A stretch of DNA of 64,000 bases from Polyangiaceae bacterium (lineage in GTDB: Bacteria; Myxococcota_A; Polyangia; Polyangiales; Polyangiaceae). The stretch spans positions 128,001 through 192,000 of the forward strand of contig JBNKBE010000007.1 of assembly GCA_050287085.1 (NCBI GenBank). Direction: 5' to 3'. The notes under the pieces are model-generated. The model was not told the DNA's origin. It did no database searches and saw only the letters and a list, made by a program, of their open reading frames with translations. Shown here one piece after another: positions 1 to 8,332 of this stretch (its first letter is position 1; every line of letters starts with the position of its first letter). Both the position numbers and the translations under genes were made by a program.

Positions 1-3000
1 GGCGCTTGTGTCAGCAGCAAGATGCCTGCTGAGGACTTGCCGGACTACGAGTCCAAGCTTGTCTACGGCGCTGAGGGCCCCGATGATCCGCGGGCACAGT
101 GCTTTCCAACGGCCGCTTGCTTTGACCTGGGCGAGCCACTCAGCGCGGATGAAGATTGTGTGGTGACGTTATTTGTGCCCGAAGGGCGCGAGCCCAACTT
201 CGGTTTGCGCATGGCCGAAGGTGAAGGGGGGATCGAAGGCGATTCCGGTCGTTACATCGCACTCGACGAAGGATCGAGTGGTTGGGCGCTAGTGGTGGAA
301 CGTGACGTCGAAGGTGGGACGGAGGTCAAGGCGCGCCTGCCGCAAGCGGCTTGTGCCGAGCTCGACGAGGGTACCGTAGCGGACGTATTGGGTACCGTCG
401 CTTGCCCGACCAAGGTGGCGGCGCTGCCAACATGTGGTCCCTGGTCGATCATCGAAGGGGAAGTTGTTGCGGTCGTGCTTCATTCAGAGCCCGAGCGTGA
501 CGCGGGCGCGCAGACCGAGTCAGACAGTGGTTCACCGGACAATGGTTCACCGGACTCGGGCGCCGACTCGCCGACGCTCGAGATTGTACTGGCATCTGGG
601 GAGACGCTTGGTCCGGTGGCCCTCAATGCGACCCTGGCGCTCGAAGTTGATGGCGTTGACGTCGAGGAGGCGACGTGGAGTTCGAGCAACGAGGATGTTG
701 CCACGGTTGAAGATGGCGTTATCACGACCCACGCACTCGGCGAAGCGACCATTCGCGTGGAGTTTGGTGGCCAGTGGGGAGAGATCGTGATCACGGTTGC
801 AGAGAGCGGTCTGGGCACGACCCTCAGCGCTCATCTGGTTGCGCTGCGCTTGGAGGTGGAAGGGGCTGAGCTGCCCGAGTCGCTGATCGTCAACGAAGAG
901 CTGGAGGTGCTGGCGGTCGGTACCTACTCCAACGGAGTTGAACGCGAGCTAACGGACGACGTTACTTGGGCGGCGACACCAGCCGGCTTGATCGAGATCG
1001 TCGAACCTGGCGTCCTGTTGGCGCGCTCTGTGGGGCTTGTTGAGGTGACGGCATCCCGGGAAGGGATCTCGGTCGGCACTGAGATACTCGTGGTCGCCCC
1101 GATGGCGGGCGGGGGGGATTCTGACGCCTCCGCTCCTCCCGTTGCCGCGCCGCAACGCTTGACTCTGTCGGCGGCACCCGAGCCTCTGTGGCCGGGGCAG
1201 AGCTTCGCCTTTGTCGCAACGCTCATCTACGACGACAACTCGGTGGCGGTGTCTCCAGCCGGCGTGCAGTGGCAGAGTGCCGATCCCAGCGTGGCGCTTG
1301 TGTCCGGGACGGGTGTGGTCACGGGCGTAGCCGCTGGCACGACCTTCGTGACTGCGACTCTCGGTGCGGTCAGCGTGTCCAAAGCGGTTGCTGTGACGTT
1401 GCCCGAGCTCGTGACGTTGACTGTGGATCCGCTCGAACCCCTGGCCCTACACGCCTTTGAGCAACTGAAAGCCACGGGGCAATACGCTGACGGTTCGCAG
1501 GCCGAGCTCTCTGACTCAGTGGTGTGGAGCAGCAGCGACGAGTCGATCGTGCGGGTCAGTTCCGGGGGCCTATTGTCGGCATTGGGACCGGGTAGCGCGC
1601 AAGTGGCGGCCGCTGTTGGTGGCTTATCAGCAACTCTAGACGTGACCGTGGTCACGATCGATGCTCTGACGCTGAGCGTTCAACCCGTGGCACCGACCCC
1701 AGTGGGCCGACAGGTGCAGCTGTCGGCTGTGGCGAATGCCAACCAAGGGGCGCCGGTGGACGTCACGGGCCAAACGACTTGGATCTCTTCGGACTCGAGC
1801 GTTGTTCAAGTCAGCGCTGACGGTCTCGCCACCGCCAAGGGCGAGGGCACCACGACCGTGACGGCGAGCTATGAAGGTGTGATCGCTGAGCTCGAGTTCA
1901 CCGCACTAGCGGCGGTAGCCGAACAACTGGTGGTCACCCCGAGCAGCGCCAAGGTCGGAGTTGGAACGAGCTACGCCCTTAGCGCTACGCTTCGCTTCTC
2001 CGACGGTTCAACCGAGCCTGTTGGAGCCAGCGCGACCTGGAGTTCGAGCGATAGTTCCATCGTTACGGTGGGTAGCACGGGAGTTGTGTCGGGGGTCTTC
2101 GCGGGCACCGCAACTGTGACGGCGAGCGTTGGAGACCTGCGGGCGAGTTCGGCTGTGACCGTTGAGAACGTGGTGCCTGACGAGCCCAAGCCGGACCTTC
2201 AGATCGTGCCCTACGGGGACGGGGGTCTCGGACGCCAAGGCGAGGTGACGGCATTTGTCCTGGTGCCGGCTCGCTCAGATCAAAGCGTCCCGATCCCGGA
2301 CTACCCATCGGATTCAGACTCGCAGCGAAGGCTGGCCGCGGCTATCGTTCCTATTGACTTCAGCTACACCCAGGCGGCCGAATGGTCCGTCAACGGAGGT
2401 AGCGTCGCTCTCGATGGGCCGGCCTACGTACACCACACTGCTGCCCGCGTGGTGGTCACCGCGGTCTACGAAGGATTCGAATACCGCTACGCGTTCGATT
2501 CCATCCCGATTGCTTCGGTGGCTATCGTCCTCAATGGGGAGGTTGTCTCGGACAACTCCGAGGTCGACTGGGGTTCGCGCTACCTGCCCTGGCTTCGGGT
2601 CTACTGGGTTGATGATGCTTCCCGCGACGTGTTGTCCAATGTCGAGTGGGAGACCAGCAACATCGCGCAGAACGGACCGCAGATCGAATTCGATCAGGTC
2701 GGGTCAGCATCGCTGACAGGCACCTTTGCCAACAAGTCAGCAACCGTGAACTTTGATGTTCAGCCGTTGGCGTCCGACATATTCGCCGCTGTACCCCGGT
2801 TCGAAGCCTATCTGGAGGATGTCAGTCCAAGGACGGTGGGCGAGGTGCTAGCCACTCATGTTTATGCCGTAACCGAGCAGGCGACTTCGGATGTCTCCGC
2901 CGATGCGGTGTTCAGTGCAATCGGCGCTACGGCAACACCCGTCAATCAGGGCGAGAGCTCCTACTTTGATCTCGATCTTCATACCGTTGGCACTGTCGAG

Positions 3001-3579
3001 GTGACCGTATCGTGGGGCGGTTTGACGAAGGAGTATACAATCGAAGTCGTTCCCCAAGCGGTGCTGCGCATCGTCCCAGTGCAGCTGGCCCACCAGGTTG
3101 AGGTACGAGGTACCCTCGTGCTTTCGGCCCAGCTCGAGGTTGGCGAGACGATTACTCCGCTGCCCTCCGATGCCGTCACGTGGGGTTCCAGCTCTGAATC
3201 GCTGCCTGTCGTCGATGGAGCGGTGACCGGGGGTCCCATTGGGAGCTACACAGTCACGGCGTCATACGGCGAGCTGAACGCTGAGACAGAAGTAGAAGTC
3301 GTCCCGGTCTGGACGGTGTTGCCCGCATTCACTTCGATGCCCACTGAGAGCAGTCGCTATCTCCAGAGTGTGCTTGTCGACACCGGCTTCGGGGAGCCTA
3401 GTAGCGTCGAGATCGAGTTTGCAGGGTCCGGGGGGGCCATAGGCCACGATACCATCGACGGTCCCCGGGTGAGTGCGGGCATTGAGCCTGGCGTTGGCTA
3501 CTACGACCTGACTACGACGATCGGCAACGTGGCCTATACGCATCGAGAGACGGTCGAAGTCTACGTGCCGCAAGAGTGA
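1..3579 (+). CDS. Large surface protein with multiple bacterial Ig-like (Big_2) repeats; probably 5'-truncated by the window edge
   Basis: Repeated W-S-S-S-(D/N)-x-x-(V/I)-(A/V)-x-V...G-x-(V/A)-T...G-x-(A/T)-x-(V/I)-T-A units. Frame is open from base 1 (G-A-C-V-S-S-K before the ATG at 22), which resembles a lipobox, so the true start is likely upstream. Confidence 0.85.
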   Translation, partial: GACVSSKMPAEDLPDYESKLVYGAEGPDDPRAQCFPTAACFDLGEPLSADEDCVVTLFVPEGREPNFGLRMAEGEGGIEGDSGRYIALDEGSSGWALVVERDVEGGTEVKARLPQAACAELDEGTVADVLGTVACPTKVAALPTCGPWSIIEGEVVAVVLHSEPERDAGAQTESDSGSPDNGSPDSGADSPTLEIVLASGETLGPVALNATLALEVDGVDVEEATWSSSNEDVATVEDGVITTHALGEATIRVEFGGQWGEIVITVAESGLGTTLSAHLVALRLEVEGAELPESLIVNEELEVLAVGTYSNGVERELTDDVTWAATPAGLIEIVEPGVLLARSVGLVEVTASREGISVGTEILVVAPMAGGGDSDASAPPVAAPQRLTLSAAPEPLWPGQSFAFVATLIYDDNSVAVSPAGVQWQSADPSVALVSGTGVVTGVAAGTTFVTATLGAVSVSKAVAVTLPELVTLTVDPLEPLALHAFEQLKATGQYADGSQAELSDSVVWSSSDESIVRVSSGGLLSALGPGSAQVAAAVGGLSATLDVTVVTIDALTLSVQPVAPTPVGRQVQLSAVANANQGAPVDVTGQTTWISSDSSVVQVSADGLATAKGEGTTTVTASYEGVIAELEFTALAAVAEQLVVTPSSAKVGVGTSYALSATLRFSDGSTEPVGASATWSSSDSSIVTVGSTGVVSGVFAGTATVTASVGDLRASSAVTVENVVPDEPKPDLQIVPYGDGGLGRQGEVTAFVLVPARSDQSVPIPDYPSDSDSQRRLAAAIVPIDFSYTQAAEWSVNGGSVALDGPAYVHHTAARVVVTAVYEGFEYRYAFDSIPIASVAIVLNGEVVSDNSEVDWGSRYLPWLRVYWVDDASRDVLSNVEWETSNIAQNGPQIEFDQVGSASLTGTFANKSATVNFDVQPLASDIFAAVPRFEAYLEDVSPRTVGEVLATHVYAVTEQATSDVSADAVFSAIGATATPVNQGESSYFDLDLHTVGTVEVTVSWGGLTKEYTIEVVPQAVLRIVPVQLAHQVEVRGTLVLSAQLEVGETITPLPSDAVTWGSSSESLPVVDGAVTGGPIGSYTVTASYGELNAETEVEVVPVWTVLPAFTSMPTESSRYLQSVLVDTGFGEPSSVEIEFAGSGGAIGHDTIDGPRVSAGIEPGVGYYDLTTTIGNVAYTHRETVEVYVPQE
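523..555 (+). repeat. 15-bp in-frame tandem repeat (DSGSP/DNGSP)
   Basis: gacagtggttcaccg gacaatggttcaccg gac. Confidence 0.85.
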
Positions 3580-3648
3580 GTTTGCGCGGTGCGCAGGACG
3601 TCGAGTGCTAAGATGAGGTGAAACAGCTCGTGTGACACGCGAGCTGTT

Positions 3649-5088
3649 TCACCGCTGCGCTGGCGTAGCCGGCGCGGCTGTGGATCCAAGATCAGCTGCC
3701 CCGTCCGCCAGCGGCATTGCCGCAAGCTCTTCCAGTCTTGCCCATGCACGGGCATGGGCCGCCTGCGCTTGCGCCAGTTCGACACGAAGTTCGAGCGCTT
3801 CTTGCTCCAACTGGAGCGCCGCTGTCAGTGGCTCAGTTCCAGTCATCAGACCACCTAGAACTGACTGCAAAGTGGTACCGACCTGCGGCAGCAGCGCATC
3901 CTGCACCAAAGCGACTTGCCTTTGCGTATCGTCTACCTCGACGACTGTGGCGTGCAGCTCCCCCAAGAGCGCGTCCCGTTGGGATTGACTCTCTAGCAGC
4001 AAGGCGGCTGCATTGCCGCGTTTGGCTGCTGCTGCTTCGTCGTAGGCGTTTTGCCACAGTGGAATACTGACCGCGGCCGAGACCATGAAGGCGTCGTCAC
4101 CGGCGCGGGGAGGGGCTGGAGTCTGTTGCCCCTGCCCCACGACGAGCCATTCAGCGCCCAGTCCGAATTTGGGGTAGGCGGCGCTTGCTTCCGCTTCGCT
4201 CGCTCTGGTTTCTGCGCTAGCCTGGAGCGTTGACACTCTAAGGCGGGGGTGGTTTTCGACGTGGCGTGACAGAGCCTCGAGCGTGAACGTGGGGCTTCGG
4301 AGCGGCGGCGCGTCGAGCGCGCCCTCCAGAGCGGAGTTGGCGTGGCCCATGAGCGCCTGAAGTCGGGCCTTGAGACCACGCTCGACAGCAGCCAATCGTG
4401 CCAAGGTATCGTTTGTGCGTGTGGCGGCAAGACTCACGCGCCCAGAGTCAGCGATCGAAGCGCGACCAATCGCGATGCGTGCGTTTACAGAGCTCTGGAC
4501 CCCTTGCAACATGATCTGGTGGTCGTGGTGTAGGAGCTGCATGCGGCGGTTCAGCCACAACTGCCAGTAAAGGTCGCTCACCTGGCGGACCAGTCCCAGG
4601 GTGTCGGCATTGAGTTGCGCATGCACGGCTTCCGCGCGCAGCGCCGCCGCGTCAGCGCTGCGGCTCAAAGCGGTCGGCCACGGAAACCATTGCTGCACCC
4701 CAACGCGGGCGATCTGGGGCCCGAGGCGTGTTTCTATCGCGCTGAGAAAGTATCCGAACGTCAGCGTTGGTTCAGGCAGGCGCCGACTCGGAGCGATGGC
4801 GTGAACAGCCGCTTTCCAGCGCTGGAACGTGGCAGCGATGTGTGGGCTATGCTCCAGGGCCAGGCGAATACAAGATGCCAGCGGCGCGCGCCCCGTGGGC
4901 GTATTGGTAGTGGCCGCAGCATCGACTTGCGGCGCTTGGACCGGTCTTGCCGGAGCTGCGGTGTGCTTCACTTGGGCTCGCTCATCGAAAGCCGTTCGGA
5001 AGTTTTGCCTGGCGACCGACTCCTGAGAGGTCGCGCAGGCGGTGAGCAAGAGCCATCCAATCGACAAACTCGCCTTCATGGTGCGCAC
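3649..5088 (-). CDS. TolC/CusC-family outer membrane efflux lipoprotein
   Basis: Lipobox LLTAC; LPEP-L-FGY, VQQWFPWP and VSIPLW motifs; two helical OEP repeats. Confidence 0.85.
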   Translation of the reverse strand: MRTMKASLSIGWLLLTACATSQESVARQNFRTAFDERAQVKHTAAPARPVQAPQVDAAATTNTPTGRAPLASCIRLALEHSPHIAATFQRWKAAVHAIAPSRRLPEPTLTFGYFLSAIETRLGPQIARVGVQQWFPWPTALSRSADAAALRAEAVHAQLNADTLGLVRQVSDLYWQLWLNRRMQLLHHDHQIMLQGVQSSVNARIAIGRASIADSGRVSLAATRTNDTLARLAAVERGLKARLQALMGHANSALEGALDAPPLRSPTFTLEALSRHVENHPRLRVSTLQASAETRASEAEASAAYPKFGLGAEWLVVGQGQQTPAPPRAGDDAFMVSAAVSIPLWQNAYDEAAAAKRGNAAALLLESQSQRDALLGELHATVVEVDDTQRQVALVQDALLPQVGTTLQSVLGGLMTGTEPLTAALQLEQEALELRVELAQAQAAHARAWARLEELAAMPLADGAADLGSTAAPATPAQR

Positions 5089-5165
5089 AGTAGCGCGGCA
5101 GATGCGTCCAGTGCCAGGTGCTCAGTCGGCTTTCGCCTACGTTCGGAAGCTGCTACACGGCTCAG

Positions 5166-6380
5166 GTGCGCCTGCGAGTCTCTGGTTTTCTCCCCGGACC
5201 CCAACTTCCCACGACGCGCGGGGAGAAGGTTACGATTTGGGTGTTGGGCACGGCTCTCGGTAGCCTTTTTGTCGCGGAGCTGCTCAGTAACTTCACGCGC
5301 GATCGACTGAGCATGCTCTTCGTATTGTTGGCCTGGGGTCCCATGCTAGTGCTCCACGAAGCGGCCCATGCCATTGTCGCTCGCGCCCTGGGCTGGAGCG
5401 TGAGCGAGGTTGTAATTGGCTTCGGACGCGACATTTTCGCGTTTCGAGTGGGTGCGACCTTGGTGCGCGTGAAGTCGTTGCCGGTGGAAGGGTATGTCGT
5501 GCCCACGCCACAGAACCTGCGGCATGTGGGGCTGAAGAGCGCGCTTGTTTATGCCGCCGGTCCGGGTGCAGAACTGCTCTTTGTGGCCCTGGCGTGGCTG
5601 TGGGTGGGACCTGAGTTGCTACAGCGCGGTGGCTCCATCTCGGTTCTTGCGTGGCAAAGCGCTGCGCTTGCAGCGACCCTGGGTGCGCTCTTCAACTTGG
5701 TGCCGTACTCAAGCGGCCACGGGATGAGCGACGGCCTAGGGATCTTCATGAGCCTGATGGTCAAGCCGGAGCAGTTTGCGGTACGCCTTGCGGTGCCGGC
5801 GCTGCGCCGTATTCGCGATGCAGTGCACGGGGAACGCTACGCGGCCGCGCGCGCCGCGGCAGAGCTCATGCAAGAGCGTTTTCCCGGAGATGTTAGGGCG
5901 TTGGCTTATCTAGCCGTGTGTCAAGCCGCAGAGGGGGCGCAGGGTGACGCGCTCGACGCTTTGGAGGCACTGGGGCACCCGGACGATCAAGCCTCTGAGG
6001 TTCGCAACGAGATGCTGCTCTGTGCGGCCTGGGCCGTTCTATTGGGTACCGACAACACGCTCTTGCATCAGGCCGAACACGCTTGCCGTCGCGTGCTCGA
6101 GCGGGATCCTCAGAGCGCCCTCGCGCTGCTCTTGCTCGGTCGCGTGCAGCTTAGGCGCGGGCGGGAGGCGGATGCCGTGCAGGCGCTGCTCACGGGCTAT
6201 AGCTACGCTCGCGATCGCACCGAAGAGGCTCAATTCGCGGCATACCTCCTGCTAGGGGCTTTGGCGTCAGGCGACACGAACCTGGTCGACCGTTTCGCAC
6301 CTTTGGCCGACCAGCTATCTTTGGGACCCAGGCTTAGAACGGAGTTGGGTCTGGCTCTGGAAGCCCGTTCGGCCGTCTGA
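5166..6380 (+). CDS. M50 (site-2 protease) metallopeptidase with C-terminal TPR domain
   Basis: HEAAH zinc motif, IGFG, AAGP and NLVP....SDG motifs; Ala/Leu-rich TPR-like helices follow. Start uncertain (5118/5166/5241). Confidence 0.8.
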   Translation: MRLRVSGFLPGPQLPTTRGEKVTIWVLGTALGSLFVAELLSNFTRDRLSMLFVLLAWGPMLVLHEAAHAIVARALGWSVSEVVIGFGRDIFAFRVGATLVRVKSLPVEGYVVPTPQNLRHVGLKSALVYAAGPGAELLFVALAWLWVGPELLQRGGSISVLAWQSAALAATLGALFNLVPYSSGHGMSDGLGIFMSLMVKPEQFAVRLAVPALRRIRDAVHGERYAAARAAAELMQERFPGDVRALAYLAVCQAAEGAQGDALDALEALGHPDDQASEVRNEMLLCAAWAVLLGTDNTLLHQAEHACRRVLERDPQSALALLLLGRVQLRRGREADAVQALLTGYSYARDRTEEAQFAAYLLLGALASGDTNLVDRFAPLADQLSLGPRLRTELGLALEARSAV

Positions 6381-6394
6381 ACATGGGTGGGCCC

Positions 6395-7135
6395 TTAGGG
6401 GGACAGGTGGCGCGAAAGCGCGGAGATGGCATCGCCCGTGGCGCTACGGACTTGTCGCACGAAGTCGTCTTCGACCGTCGCAGCGAGAGTCTCCGACGTT
6501 CGCTTCGTGAGCTCAGCGCTACTGGCCGCGCTGAAGACCGACGAGCATAGCAGCGTTGCGTCACCCAATTCGAATAGTGCGACCATGCCTTGTACCCTTC
6601 CGCCGCGATAGCTTTCGCCTTGTACGCTTGGAAGCAGAAACTCGCTGAAGTCGAGGAGGACCAGGAAGGGACGTTTGTCCTTGAGGGTCTGGAACTGGCT
6701 CAGTTCCACAATGGCCTGCTCTTCACTGGTAACGTCCACGGTGACGTCTTCGAGCAGTCGATTGCGCAGGAAAGCCGTCTTGCCTCCAGCGGGTGTCGCC
6801 TGACCGCGCACCCAGTTTTCCATCTGTTCACGTGGCACGACCAATACCTTTGCACTGGCGTCTCCGAGCCGTTTGCGCATCCAGGCCTCATCACATGCTT
6901 GGGGATGGCTATCGGCCTGCGCTATCAGTGTTCTACTCAAAGCGTCACGAAGAGCATTTAGCTGTTTCGTCGCCGCGCCAGGGGTCGGGGGTGGCTTCTC
7001 TTGGGTGCATGCGGTCGCAAATAGCAACATGACGAGGAGAAGTAGCGCTTGCACTAGGGTGCCCAAGGGAGGCTTTGATCGGAGCGAGGCAGCGCAGTCT
7101 GCGCGGTGGGTTTCGTCGAGAAGGAAGCGGAGCAT
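6395..7135 (-). CDS. Hypothetical lipoprotein
   Basis: Hydrophobic stretch ending FATAC; fills the gap between neighbours. True start may be downstream. Confidence 0.6.
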   Translation of the reverse strand: MLRFLLDETHRADCAASLRSKPPLGTLVQALLLLVMLLFATACTQEKPPPTPGAATKQLNALRDALSRTLIAQADSHPQACDEAWMRKRLGDASAKVLVVPREQMENWVRGQATPAGGKTAFLRNRLLEDVTVDVTSEEQAIVELSQFQTLKDKRPFLVLLDFSEFLLPSVQGESYRGGRVQGMVALFELGDATLLCSSVFSAASSAELTKRTSETLAATVEDDFVRQVRSATGDAISALSRHLSP

Positions 7136-7190
7136 GCTCCTTCACTCTACCGCAGGCTTGTGCGTGATGGCAAAGCGACGACAGGGGACT

Positions 7191-8225
7191 TCACACGAGG
7201 TGGTGGCGCGTCAAGTAAACACTGAGCACGCGCAGGTAGGCTGGATCGGCGAACCTGGCTGCGTGGGCGAGGCAAGAGTGGGCCAGCTTGATATCGTGTT
7301 CGTCCTCGAGCGTCGCAAGCGCCGAGGCCGCGACGGACGTGGCAGTGGGGGAGTGCGGTGGTGATCGTCCCAGTCCTGCACCCAGCTGCCGGGCCGCCCA
7401 GGGCTCCTCGAAGGGCGGGCAGTCCAAGCCAGCGTAGCCCACCGCCAGCCCGAAGGTCGCGAGGTCGCCGACATGTGGACCGAGCCAAGGAGCACAAACA
7501 CAAAGCGCGTGCAGGCCGGTAAGTAGGTGCAGCGCGAAGAAGTCGTGGGTCGTGTCGAAGAGCTGTAGGGCTATCCGCGTGGCGTCCGGCAATGGGCGTG
7601 CCGAGCGGGTAGTGGGCCGCAGCAGGCCGGCTTCCAGGAGGCTTTCGCAGCGGGACGAGAAGGTGCTGCCCGGGCGGGAGGGGGTGCTCCTGCGGAGCCG
7701 CGTGAGGTAGGTGGCCACGTCGACTTCGAGTCGAGGTCGGTCCAGAGCGCTTTGAACTCTCACATCGGGGCCCGAGCAAGCCAGCAGCGCAAGTCCGGCC
7801 GTGATCTCGGAGGCGACGCCAAACTCGATCCCGTATCCAAGGCGGATCAAAGGATGATAGGTGCTTGCTAGCCAGCCCGAGGCCAAGGGCGGTAGATACT
7901 CTCGCAAGCAGTTTCGTACGCCGAGGCGGCTGGCTTCCTGGGCAAAAAACTTCATGTAGCTCGGGTGAGCGTCCATGTCGCCCCAGTGGTTGGCCCACGT
8001 CTCCGGGGTCAGACGGATATGCGAGCCGGCGAGCGTTTCAAGCCGCGGGACGCAGCGCCAATACAGGCGATCGAGTTGTGTTTCGTCAGCGCCCAGGGCC
8101 CACAGGGCTAGAAGCGCCATCGGTGTGTGGTCGCTGAAGCCGTTGGGAGGATACCAGGGGCAATAGGATTGCGCATGGGTTGCGAGCCGTCGGTGCAGAA
8201 ACGCCGGAACCACCCTTTCAACCAT
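7191..8225 (-). CDS. Questin oxidase family (DUF4243/AflY-like) oxidoreductase
   Basis: GFSDHTPMALLAL, YHPLIRLGYGIE, DFFALHLLTG and DEHDIKL motifs. Confidence 0.75.
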   Translation of the reverse strand: MVERVVPAFLHRRLATHAQSYCPWYPPNGFSDHTPMALLALWALGADETQLDRLYWRCVPRLETLAGSHIRLTPETWANHWGDMDAHPSYMKFFAQEASRLGVRNCLREYLPPLASGWLASTYHPLIRLGYGIEFGVASEITAGLALLACSGPDVRVQSALDRPRLEVDVATYLTRLRRSTPSRPGSTFSSRCESLLEAGLLRPTTRSARPLPDATRIALQLFDTTHDFFALHLLTGLHALCVCAPWLGPHVGDLATFGLAVGYAGLDCPPFEEPWAARQLGAGLGRSPPHSPTATSVAASALATLEDEHDIKLAHSCLAHAARFADPAYLRVLSVYLTRHHLV

Positions 8226-8332
8226 GTCTGGAACATGTCGCGTCGGCTGCGTGCGCGCTAGCAGATGTTTCGGTGGCACTCCGGGCAATACCCGCCTGTC
8301 GCCGCGGACCGGGGCCCGATATACTTCCCTAC

